This document shows, in pieces, positions 50,624 to 61,962 of a stretch of 64,000 nucleotides of DNA. Made by a program: the position numbers and the translations under genes. The first letter of the stretch is position 1; every line of letters starts with the position of its first letter. The stretch lies in contig JAYWIR010000014.1 in assembly GCA_036172245.1 (NCBI GenBank), positions 2,976,001 through 3,040,000 on the forward strand, written 5' to 3'. A model generated the notes under the pieces. That model was not told the DNA's origin, made no database searches, and saw only the letters and a program-made list of their open reading frames with translations. This DNA comes from Raillietiella orientalis (Eukaryota).

Positions 50624-53455
50624 CCTGTTTAGCGAGTCTGACGTCATATTCGTTTTGCAAAGGTGACACTGTGGTACGTTTGACGAATATATGCGCAGTG
50701 TGAGAAAAAAAAAATGAAAATACGAAATTTTAGTAAAAAGTTAAAACAATCTCATTTCTTTGTGTATTTTAGGGGACTGCAATGTGCAGTGACCTCATTT
50801 ATTCTAAAATAATTTGGAGTTAAAATATTTTGTGTTTTCTAATTTTTAATGTTAATTAATTAATTAGTATAAATATATTTTAGTAAAAATTTACATAATC
50901 CTAATTTTTTATCAAAACATTTTTGGGTTGATGTAAGGTATGCCAACCAAACAAAAAATTCTTCTTCCTTTTCCTTTTTATCATACTGGGTTTGTTTACA
51001 TACTTTTTACATAATGAAGCTCGAATTGAGGCAAATAATAATCTTTTCTCAATTAAGACTTCAAATGATTAGTTTTGGAAAAAAGTGATTTATATAAGAT
51101 ATAAACGTAATTTTAGTTTTTTCGTTTTGAAGATAACCAGTGAAGAGAGAAAAATCGGTTAAGGGTGGGATTGGAAACAAAGAAATTTCCTCATAGAAAG
51201 GAAGTGAAAGCATGACTTCAAGAAGCAGAATTTCTAAAATTGAAACTGGAAACATATTCAACATAAATGCAAATCCTTATATATTCCAGAACGAGAAATT
51301 GGTGTTGATGAATCCTTGTTGTTAAGGAAAGGACGACTGCTTTGGAAGCAGTATATACCTTCTAAAAGGAGTCGTTTTGGAATAAAAATTTTTTGTATTA
51401 TACAAAAGTCCTTCTGGATACATTTGAAAGTTCTGCGCATATGTTGGCAAAAATACAGAAGGTGGTCAAAATTATCCTCCATATAAGACCGCGACTGCAT
51501 CGTTCTTGAAGTTTCTCATGACTTATTAGACCAAGGATATGAATTATATTTGGATAGCTGGTACACAAGTATAAAACTCTCTCCCAGAAACTTTGTACTT
51601 GTAAGACAGGCATTAATGGGTACAATGCGACAGCAGAGGCTTGGTGTTCCTGAAGGTTTCAAAACAACTTCTCTAAAGAAAGGTCAGTACACTGCAAGAT
51701 ATAACAAAATAATGCTATTGAAAGGGCGAGACTGTTCCTCAGAACAATACATGGGGCCAATATGATGGAAACACAGAAACAAGGTGTCGTAAAAGAAAAG
51801 CTTGAAATGGTTTTTGACTATGGAAAAAAAATGAGTGGAGTGGACAGAAGCGAAGGTATAATGGCAGCATATTCGTTGGCAAGAAAGAGATTAAAGAAGT
51901 ATTGCAAGAAAATATTTCTTCATCTTTTTGACGTTATGTGCCTGAATTCATATTTTTTATATACAAAGACAAGGGAGAAGTAAATCGATGAAATTTTTGG
52001 CTCGAATGTATTGAACAAATTATTGAGAAATCTTCAGCTCAAGAAACTCTGCCATCTCACTGACCAACTGTAACTGACAGACCTTTCCCCCGTGCTGCCC
52101 TCGCTACGGAACGCTAGGGACAGTCAGGAAGAGGCATTGTGGAAAGTGTCCTGCCTTATTGGAGGCAGGAAAAAACTCTTGAAGGCGTGGCCAAGTCTAG
52201 CAGACGCTTCAACTCCGACTGTCCCGCCTAACAGACTTGTGCGCTGGGGCAAACTGCTCGGCACACCTACAGAGGAGGTGAAGTGGCCATCAGAACTATG
52301 GGACAATGGCACCCTCCCCTTGGATAGGCAGAAGACAGCGCTGCTTATGTTGCATTGGGGACTCCTCTGCAGAGCACGCCTCTCTCACTGGACCCGTGGG
52401 AGTGTAGATGCCAATTGTGCAGGCTGCGGGGAACGGGAAACCTTCCCTCACCTGATCAACCAGTGTCGCCCTCCGCCCAATGTGGACTCGACTGTCGTCG
52501 ATTCTGAACATTCCAGTTGGCGACCCAAAAGACATTTTCGCAGCCTCCTGATGCAGGACGCCCGGCCAGCAGCCGCGTGTGTAGCAGTTCTCTGCTGCAT
52601 ACGCGGAATCCTGGAGAAGTGGACTGCGTCGAGGAGAGGCCGCAGCAGTCGGAATGCCATCCACTGGGCAGTCATCTCCATGGAGAAGGCTTCCCTATGG
52701 CACCGGCTTCGAACTTTAAGACCAGCACTTGTCCGCATCCAAAACCGGATGCAGAGGACCACCCGCGGCGAGCAGTGATCCCTTCCCTTCCCTCCCCTCC
52801 CCCGGAAAATATTGCCCTCTCCTCGTGCTTTTGTTTTTTTTGTTGTTTTCCTTCCCCCTTCGCCAGTGAAGGGAACCTCACCGGCCTAGGGGCCTGTAAA
52901 GACAAGTGTTCCAAGGCAGGCAGAACCAACCACGTGTTTTGCCTGAATTAACCTAAAGACTCTATTGTGAAATTTTATTTTGCTAAAATTTTAATAATAA
53001 ATGTCCCGGCATATCCGGGTGAAAAACCAACTGTAACTACCAGGTCTACACATGTCATCGAGAAACATTTCTCCAAATTTTATACCATCTACATCACCAA
53101 AAACTAGTTTAACGCGAAGATGTATCGCGTGGTGTTCAAAAAATGGCATTGGTAAGGAAACACGATGTTGGTGTTTTACCTGTGCGGTGCCACTTTGTGT
53201 CGTATCTTGCCTTGAACAATATTATACCGCAAAAGCAGGTTGAATTTTTTATGTTTTTTATTTTTCTTAAGTATGAAGTTCTTATTTTCTGTCAATAACG
53301 AAATTTGTTTGAATCGATCTTTTTTTTTTTTTTTTTTCCAGTGAAATTTACAACCGATACATTTGCTGTGCCTTTGACGTATGCCTATTCGTTTTCAGCA
53401 ATTTTAATTACGCACCCACGGATGCACTTTTGAAAAGAAATTACTGCTCTTCAGG
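50624..53455 (+). mobile_element. piggyBac-family DNA transposon (PGBD4-like), defective
   Basis: TTAA at 50620-50623 and 53456-53459; termini CCTG...CAGG. Transposase motifs YIPEREIGVDES..KQYIPSKRSRFGIK, LYLDSWYTS, DYGKKMSGVDRS..KKIFLHL..NSYFLY and the C-terminal Cys-rich RRCIAWC..ETRCWCFTCAVPLC. Multiple frameshifts, and the 5' part appears deleted. Confidence 0.93.
52076..53025 (+). mobile_element. 5'-truncated Tx1/L1-type LINE inserted in the piggyBac
   Basis: 13-bp TSD ACCAACTGTAACT at 52063-52075 and 53026-53038. Open frame 52077-52778 with a zf-RVT-type motif LMLHWGL..CAGCGERETFPHLINQC. The 3' UTR has AATAAA and a very short A tail. GC content is much higher than in the host element. 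Confidence 0.9.
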
Positions 53456-55655
53456 TTAAATACCTTAGTAATGCAAACACTGCTATGTGAGAAATTTAAG
53501 GTTGATATGATTTTAAGGTCAAAGTCATATGAATCTGGATGAGAGGAACTGCAATGAGGTTTCCAAGTGTACCGTGCAATTGACAGTGAAGGTTTTAGTC
53601 ATGAAAATCGCACATTCATAGTAACTATCGGATGAGAGCAAGGATAGTTTTACCGATAAGGAATGAGAAAACAAGATGCCCTTCAACAAGATGCACCTTT
53701 GAGAAGGTGCAATCCAAGTCAATCCATTGATAAATTGCCGTGCTTAGGACAGCACAGAAATCAAATCAGATAATCCTATTCTTCTTGCACGTGAGACAAC
53801 ATATGAAAAGCAACTGCACATTTTTCAATCAGTGTTCCCGGAAAACTGAAAGAACTTCAAGCAGCAGGGAGTATCGAAGAGAGTTATTGAAAATCACCCA
53901 CTTTCAGTGAATTTTTCTGGTTAATGTGGATTGAAGGGCAGCTTTCTCGTCCAGATTTCGGGATTCTAGTTCTTGCAAACTCTTGACTTGTTATAAAATC
54001 CAGCTTAGCTTACTCTTGGAATGCAACTTGCCTCCGGATTCAATTTTCTGCTTTATTCAAACGTTTCCATAGTTTATCTCCACGTTTATTTCCTTCAGTA
54101 TTTTTCGAAAAACGCAGAAATGCAATGAAGTATCCTTCCCTTAAAAAATTGCCACAGTTTTTTAGAAGACAGAACACTTTGTTAAGACTGAGTGTTACGT
54201 TCCCTTTGAGAAAAGTACAAAGAACAACGATCAAAATCGAATTAGTTCTCGATAAGTCACTTGTTTGAATTCCTTGCTAAAACGTTATTTCCCTACACTC
54301 CCAAATCTATGGGATTTCTGAGGACTGACTGGTTTGCACTCACGGCTCAAATCCCTTGGTGTTGACCTGCAAGTCCTCTGGATGTTTCCCACAAACGTGC
54401 GTGCGTCGTATTTTTTTCTAGTGTTTGGTGTATTTCAAAAGTTTAACATCTCTCAAAATTTTCTATCAAAGATGATTTCTGTGCTGATGAGTATGATTTC
54501 TAGAAAATCTGATCAAGCAAAGCTGTACTTGAAAACTATTATCAAAACTTTCATTCGCGGCCCTAAGATAAATGACGTTCGAGCACAGAAATCGAAACCA
54601 ATCTGACATAAAACTCTCCAGATAGCTGCACCAAAGTAACGGTCATGATTTGGTACAGCATTTAGTTTATAACGAAAAAACTTCATGCTCTCGACAGACT
54701 TTATCATCTCAAATAGTTAATCATCAGAGAGCAACTGGGATTTGAGAAGCATCTTGGAACAAGAACTCCTCAGTACCTCTTTCAGAATTCCAGTTTTCCT
54801 ACGTTTCAATCTGGGCTTCTAAATGAGATCTTTTCATGATTCCTTTAAAGCATTTTCATTCAGTTCTTTTGAAGCCCTATTACTCGGAGGAACCAAACAA
54901 TCAATAATAACATTAACCAACAGCTACAGTAATCTCTCGTCTATCAAATCCATGGAGCGATCTAGCAATTTCTTCTATGCCTTCTGAAAATGAAATTTAT
55001 GATCGAACACAGCTGCAGCAGATGCAGAGCACGACAGAGGCAGTATCTCCTCTTCCTCACTAGGCAATTCAATTCCTGATGCAAACAGGGATGAAAAAGA
55101 AAACAAACAAACACATGATCAGAACTTGCATTGCAAATAGAACAAGCAAACGCATAGGATAAGCTAAGAAACAGCTAAAAATGAATCAAATAACATAATG
55201 TTACACAAAAATTCGGTTCTGACGTCATTTCTGTATCTCGAAAAACATACAGCGCTTGATTTGGTAATGCATAATTCTCAATAGTATTTCAATTCAGCAT
55301 CTCATGATATATATTGAAACCAAGCTAATAGAAGAGCTTTCCAAAACAATAAAGCAGTTTGCTGTTTGTGGGTGGGTTTCCATTATGCACGAGAATGCCA
55401 TGCCTGCCAGGGTCTCACCGTTTGGCATTCAGCTAAATGGGACAATAGGGAAGGAGAGGTCATGGAAAACGGTGCGAGGACTGTGCATCTGTACGGTCTG
55501 AAGTCTGACACAGAAATGAGTCAGTAGCAGCAAAAGTACGATCTTGTGCAGTGTATCTTTCAAGAGCTTTCCCCCTCATAGTAGACAGATTTCCTTAAGT
55601 ATGGTACTAAATGATGTTCCTTGTTACTGTTTATCAGGATAAGTTTGGCGATACA

Positions 55656-55702
55656 CTCACACTGCCTTCTGGGACTCGATTAGTCCCAGAAAGCAGTGTG
55701 AG
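55656..55702. repeat. 21-bp hairpin with one mismatch and a 5-nt loop
   Basis: CTCACACTGCCTTCTGGGACT-CGATT-AGTCCCAGAAAGCAGTGTGAG; the flanks add GGCGA/TCGCC pairing. Confidence 0.93.
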
Positions 55703-55809
55703 AGAACCTCGCCGAATACAAGGAGAATTACCAAGAAGAACGTAGGGTACAGAGTTTAAAGGATAGAAGCGCAGAAGAGTACGCTCCGCAAGATCCATAG
55801 TCAAATTCT

Positions 55810-56030
55810 CATTGACGAGCTGTAGCTATGCATTCAGACGATGTATCGGCACCAAATTCTTGCACGCTATTTATGGCCAAGGGTGGCAGCGTGTCCCACA
55901 CTTCCGTGCACGAAGTGCAAGAAAAGGCCACACGGCAGAATCCTGTTCTCAGAACAAGAATAGCGGCTTCCTCCATAGGGATGCAGGTCACAGAAAGGAT
56001 TGCGAGAAATATCAGATTTCGAAACATGTA
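55810..56030 (+). mobile_element. Decayed gag-like ORF1 zinc knuckles of a non-LTR element (R1/Jockey/I-like)
   Basis: CTKCK / KGHTAESC (CCHC across a frameshift) followed by ..DAGHRKDCEKY. Confidence 0.45.
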
Positions 56031-57367
56031 GGGGAAAACTTGCTCAACCCACGAAGCCTTAGTGCGAAAGTGCAACGTAAGGAATGGAAACAAAAGGAAA
56101 AGGAAGGACGAAAATGTGCCCTCTTCAAAATCAACTAATCAGAATCTGGCTGAGTGGCAAGAGGCAATCGATGCAGAACTCTTGAAAGAGAAACAAAAAA
56201 ACAATGAGGAAGTGCGGAAGCTCACCGTAAACGAGAAGAAAACCGGGATCATCGACGAAACCACCAGACGGAATATAATGGGCAAGCACCAAGAAATCAC
56301 AAGGGAAAGTAGGAAAGCCACTTTTCGTTTTGGTCCAATTTCCAGGAAGAAAAGCTTTTGCAGGTGTTTCCCAAAGATATGGAAACAGGGGAGGCTGAGC
56401 AGGATGTTGGGAGGAGACAGGAAGTCACAATGGAAAATGTTCAGAATATTCCTTACCAAGATGTTCTCTGTTACTGCATAGCACATTATCCGGATTGGGA
56501 AAGGAATGTGCAAGGAGCCACTAAAAAGGGAACACTGAGATGGAAACTCTGTGCATGCAATTTCAACACTTGGTGACCCAGTATGGAAAACTGTACATCT
56601 AGGTCTTTCGTTGGCGAAATTTTCATTTGATTCAGATTTTTTGGAGTATGCAACTGTTGCCAAACTAAAGAGTACAGTTGACATTCTTAGATCCAGGCAA
56701 CATTTAAGTTTTTGAAAGCTTGGAGACCTTTGCATCCTTTAGGATCTCATTAGAACATAGAAAACCAGGACTGAACACATCAATAAATTGATTTTTTACA
56801 TCAGAAGATGGAGATTTCATCAGCCTCGGATGAAATAATTACACATTCAGAAAATATGAGTATACCAAATAAGCTCATGGCTACAAGAAAACAGAAAAGT
56901 AGGTTTCTTTTTTTAAAAGCACTTAATGGGACTAGGTGAATGAAAACCACTGAAGTACCACAAAGCAAAACTGCAAATTTTTTTCCTAGTGTAAACAGAT
57001 GTTTTCTCAGTGTATCCTAATGTGGGGAAGATTCAAATTTCTAATACCATCCATAAATGTGGCTACCCATTGGCAAATATATGTGCTGACTAAATAAATA
57101 ACTGAATTGTGACTGGTTTAAAAATCTGGTTTAACATAAATCTGGTACACATAAAATCAGGATTTTCGCTTAATACTGAAAAAACAATCACAATTATTTT
57201 GATGCACTGCATCAGAGCTGTTTGTATGGCACTATGAAAATGAATGAGATCATAAACTCAAACAGTTGATCAAAACTAAATGGTTTCTTAGAAGGTGATG
57301 CAAAATGTAAACAAAAATGGTGCTGTAATGTAAACAGCATTGAAAACACCATACAGAAAAACACATG

Positions 57368-58162
57368 CTAACCCTTTTTATGCTTTATTTTTTCTTTAAA
57401 ATCTTCAGTTGCTTCTTTCAGCTCCTCTTTTTTGACTAAATACATTTTCTTAAGGCGTGCTGTAGAGATAGGCTTAATGTAACCTCGTTTGGCAAGTTGA
57501 TCGATACTCACAGTGGTAACACCTAGATATATATGCTTTAATTAAGCCTGATTTCCCATTGACTTACCTAATGTCACTGTATATCTGAGAGGAGTCGCTA
57601 ACTTATAAAGAGCATATGTTAAAGCAATATCTCCTACACCAATACGTTCTAAAGGATCCAACATTGCTTCAGAAATGCCTAAAGTTCGCAATAAAGCTAT
57701 AACATCCACTCCACTAATATCATGATTATATCTATACAATTATGCACATTAACAAATAAAATCCTTACCAGCGCAACGAATAATAAAACACAGTGAGCCA
57801 ACCAACCGAAGTGACCAGGTGCACAGGTACCAAAATGTACCAATAGTTGCGATACATAGTCTTGAAGCGTACCCATAATGAAGGTTTACTTTCATCTATC
57901 TAAAAGGTGTCAGATGATGGATCCATCAAATCTACATTGAAAATTTACCCGATTCTTTCTTAACATCACAATAATTTCTTATGATAGAAACCGGCTTAAG
58001 CATGGCTGAATGCTCGGGAGCATTCTTGACTTGCAAGTGTTTCACTGGATCATGAGGACTTAATAAAAAAGTATTTACAGGTAAGCATTTATAAGACTCC
58101 CAGTTGACTTTAGCCAGCTGATGATGAGTAATGCACCTCGAAATTCGATATAACCGATACAT
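57368..58162 (-). CDS. FAM210A: FAM210A-like mitochondrial membrane protein (DUF1279), 4 coding exons
   Basis: Basic N-terminal presequence-like segment, then SLWVRFKTMYRNYWYILVPVHLVTSVGW..GVDVIALL..ALTYALYKLATPLRYTVTLGVTT..GYIKP. Three short GT-AG introns; stop TAG at 57368-57370. Confidence 0.92.
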
Positions 58163-59171
58163 GTTTCATACACTGGCACTTCATAAAGAAAATCACTAAA
58201 TTACACGTCCATGTTTCCTTCGTTTAAGGCGATTTCTCTCATTGAATAAACGTACATCTGACTTCTTATAAGCACAAACTGTAAAAAAAAATTGAATTCA
58301 CCAGAGTTGTACACAACACAAATGACAGAACATAAAGACGTCGTTTACCTACAACCCGCACAAAGGTTATTGCGTACACTACAAGTAATAAGTCTCACAT
58401 GTTTCCCAGAAATCTTGAATGCTGGGAAAAACGTGAACAGAATTACCACGACCAAAACAAGATAGTTACATTAATAGTATTTATTTGGTGAATATTTAGA
58501 ATTCAGTCTCTGATAATACTAATTTCATTTCCCTATTCACTCGACATATTATCAGTAATGAGAAAAACGATATCTGTTGATCATTATATGCCTTTTAGTT
58601 TTAAATGTAATCTTCAATTTGGTCAATTTCATCAATGATAAATTGAATTTTTTTTTCATTTAACTTTTTTGGAAAATCAGCATTTGTATTTCATTTCGTT
58701 TATTAGTGTTAGATATTACTTTAAATAGGAAGAAACCTTAGCAAATATTAGTTTTGATATAAAATACGAGCGTTGGTTTTCCACCTCGGATTTTTGATTT
58801 TCTAAAATCTCTTTCCACTTTCTATTTCTGTTCATTCGCTTTAAATTCAATCAGTGTTGAATACTCCTCTTAAACAATTACAAGACTTTAAAACGATTTA
58901 CCAAGAGAATGTAGTTATACATACTTAATTTTGTTTAGAAAGACAGTGATGTCGAATTTTCGATTTTCGGAATGTAGCTATTTTCAATTTATTTTTTACA
59001 AAACCTCAAGAATTCTCCAGAAAGAACCCACTGTTATGTAAACGAGAAAACAGGATAAAAAGACATCATGCATAATTGTTAATTTCAAGTGAAACGAATG
59101 TAGAGCTCGATATGGGTTGAAGTAATAAGAAATCACTGTCATCAAACCAAGTATTGAGCAATCCGTGTAAG

Positions 59172-59385
59172 CTAGGCAGTACAATGAATAATGAAACAAG
59201 AGTCAACCAACAGAAGTGACCAGGAGCACAGGTACCAAAACGTACCAATAGTTGCGATATACGGTTTTAAAGCGTACCCATAATTAAGTTTTACTTTCAT
59301 CTGTCTAAAAGGTGTCAGATGATAGATCCATCAGATCTACCTGATTCTTTCTTAGCATCGTAATAATTCTCACTGCGGAAGCTAC
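59172..59385 (-). pseudogene. Partial duplicate of FAM210A (end of exon 1, intron, exon 2)
   Basis: Close match to 57770-57980. Retains a shortened 40-nt intron. TCA>TAA and TGG>TGA stops, and the exon-2 donor is lost. Confidence 0.92.
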
Positions 59386-59559
59386 ACAGGTAAGATACAA
59401 AGCATTTAAAAAATTGCTCATCTATTTACAAGGGGTTCCTTGGTGAAAATTGCAATGGTCCCATCCTCAGGGGAGAACTTGAAGTGATCCAATCAGCATG
59501 AAAGCACTTTCGATAGTTTCCTTGATTCGGCTGCTGTTTCGAAGCCACAGTGAGATATA

Positions 59560-59760
59560 TTAATTACTGACTCTTAAGCTTCTATGATATTTGGCGAGCT
59601 TCGCCTAGAATCCTTTTCTAATTTCATTTTGTTGGAATACATCAAAGCTGTTTTAATGTAATCACCGTAACCGATCGTATAACGCAAAACCCGATTTGCA
59701 AATACATTCAATTTGGAGGTGCTTTCCTTCCGAGATATGGTTGAATTAGAATGACACATG
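59560..59760 (-). mobile_element. Possible RTE-type LINE 3' fragment
   Basis: KLNVFANRVLRYTIG resembles the RTE motif KL.VFE.RCLRRILG; single motif only. Confidence 0.3.
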
Positions 59761-60545
59761 TTGCTTTCGAGGAAATATCGTTGACTATCGTTGATTACCT
59801 CCTTTAATTCAATTTTTCCAAATTAGTCGAATGATTAAGCTCAGTTCAGAGGATTTACTGTTTATCTAAAGTGCTTCAGGAGATAGAATCTGGTGTTACA
59901 AATATCTGACAATAGGAATAGTAAAGACCAATTCATAAAAGGAATAATCAAGAACTTAATTTAGACAGAAAGATGTCCTAAAAGTATGCATACGATAATT
60001 TCTTAAAACAAATTTAACATTCTTGACCTTCCACGCCAATTCCGGGTAACCGATTTGACAAATGAAACGATTTGAATTTTCTGAGGTAATCCCAAATAGT
60101 ACAACCAAATAATGAGTATTAATACGAAATGCCTTCTTGTACGGGTGTACATGTCACAACATATGTGCTGTTAGGAAATAACAGATGCAAAGGAAATATT
60201 GAAACATGCTTGTTTCTGCATTTTATTTCCCAAGTAAATTTCCATACATTTCATGATGAGGAAATATTGAATATAGCAAAAATTAGAAAACCTTTACGAA
60301 GGCTGCAAAGTACTAAATTAAACTAGTAGAGAAACAGTCAACAAATAAGAATGCATTAAGGGGGCAGTCAATGATGCATGGTATTAAGAAACCAATGGTT
60401 TAACATAAAAACTGAGTAATTAATAACTGATCCAACAAAGTTTTTTTAAAATACCAGTGTTTGGAAATATATATTAATAAAGCAATATAAAACTTTTATT
60501 TTAGCAGACTTTTATTTCATCAGGTTGCAGTCTCATATGTAGATA

Positions 60546-61962
60546 TTAATAAGGAGTTACTCGATAGCGTGACTTATCCATCACTGAGGGAGCTTTGTAA
60601 GGAGCTTCCATTGCACCATACATCTCTACAATGGAAAGAATAGCAAACTTCTAATGATGCACTAACCTTGATATCCATTGGAATCTTGATATTTATCATT
60701 CAGGGTTGGACTCGAACCATATGTCCTACAGCAAAACAGTGTCAAGTTTGGAAAAAATTAAGCCTTACGAGGTGTCATAAGAAACATAACCAAAAGATGG
60801 TGAATGTTTTGGTTCTGGAACACCATATCCAACTGCAGGACCTTGCATAGCCTTGCCTGCTCGATCTAAAATTCCCAATGTGCGGTTACGAGTGTCGAAG
60901 CCAGCCGAAGAGGAACTTAGCATAGATGATGATGGTCTTGCTGTTTGTGCATGTGATGGAAGTGGCAATGGTCCTGTAGAATAGACTATCTAAACAAATT
61001 TAGGAAATTTATTACCTGTGCTTTGCCCATATGGAGAAGGTCCACCACCAAGGTAAAATCCTCTTGGAAGGGTGGAATTTGGAGAAGCAGCAGGCATTTT
61101 TGCTTTTTTCTCTGGAAATTCACCTGCTTGGAGAATCTCCATCTCTCGCATTTGCATCATGGATATATCATCATTACTGTCCTACTTCAAGAATCAAGAT
61201 ACAACATGAACATTGGCAATTTACTGGAGTCATATAACGACGAAGCTCCACCAGCGCATAGGACATGCGTGCATAGGCCTCAGCAGGAGGTGCCACAGCA
61301 GTTACTTCTACATGTAAATCTTCACTTAAGTGATTATAACGAGGATCTTTAGATTGCCGTAATTGTTCCTCCTAATTTAGCATGCACCAAACAAATATTG
61401 TTTGTACATCAGATACGTACTTTCTCTTTGTCTTTCATTGATCCCTTGCCCAATACTGCCATTTTTGTCATGGTTTCTTCTTGAAGCCGTCTAAGAGTAT
61501 TTCCTTTGGGACCGAGCAATTTTCCGACAAAATTAAACTGTGCAAACACATGAAGTACAAAAACATTCACAAAGAATTCTCACTCTGGGATGTTCTCTGA
61601 AAGGAATTCCAACTCGCACAGTGAGTCTAATTGGTTTGTCTTTGAATATATCCAAGGTTGTTTTTGAGTCCACCAAAGGTGTTTTGGTTTTAGCACCATC
61701 TGGAATCACAATGTTTAATTTTTTCATTTTTTCCATTTTTTCCCCATCATTCTAAAGCATAATACTAATGATTTCTTTGTTTACCCTAGCCCTTTGTACA
61801 TGTTACACATGAATTTAGAAAATGGATTATTGAAGACGATCCGATTACTTTAGCTTAGCAAAAAAAAATAAACCTAACATTTCATTACTCACCATCTCCT
61901 CCAGTTTTTATTTCACTACTTCCATCAGATTTTAAATCAATGCTGCTTTCAGATTTTAACAT
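60546..61962 (-). CDS. KHDRBS: STAR-family KH RNA-binding protein (KHDRBS/Sam68/qkr-like); start uncertain
   Basis: [87 protein letters not shown], a Tyr/Pro-containing tail ending RYRVTPY*, and short GT-AG introns. Confidence 0.92.

Noticed and set aside
53520..54700. Possible LINE APE endonuclease remnant on the minus strand (KVGDFQ); a similar hint at 39.0-39.8 kb
   Set aside because: Single weak motifs among many stops; not supportable without a profile search.
61095..61115. Suspected frameshift in the KHDRBS exon at the A-runs
   Set aside because: Recounting gives GAG AAA AAA GCA AAA ATG, so the frame is intact.
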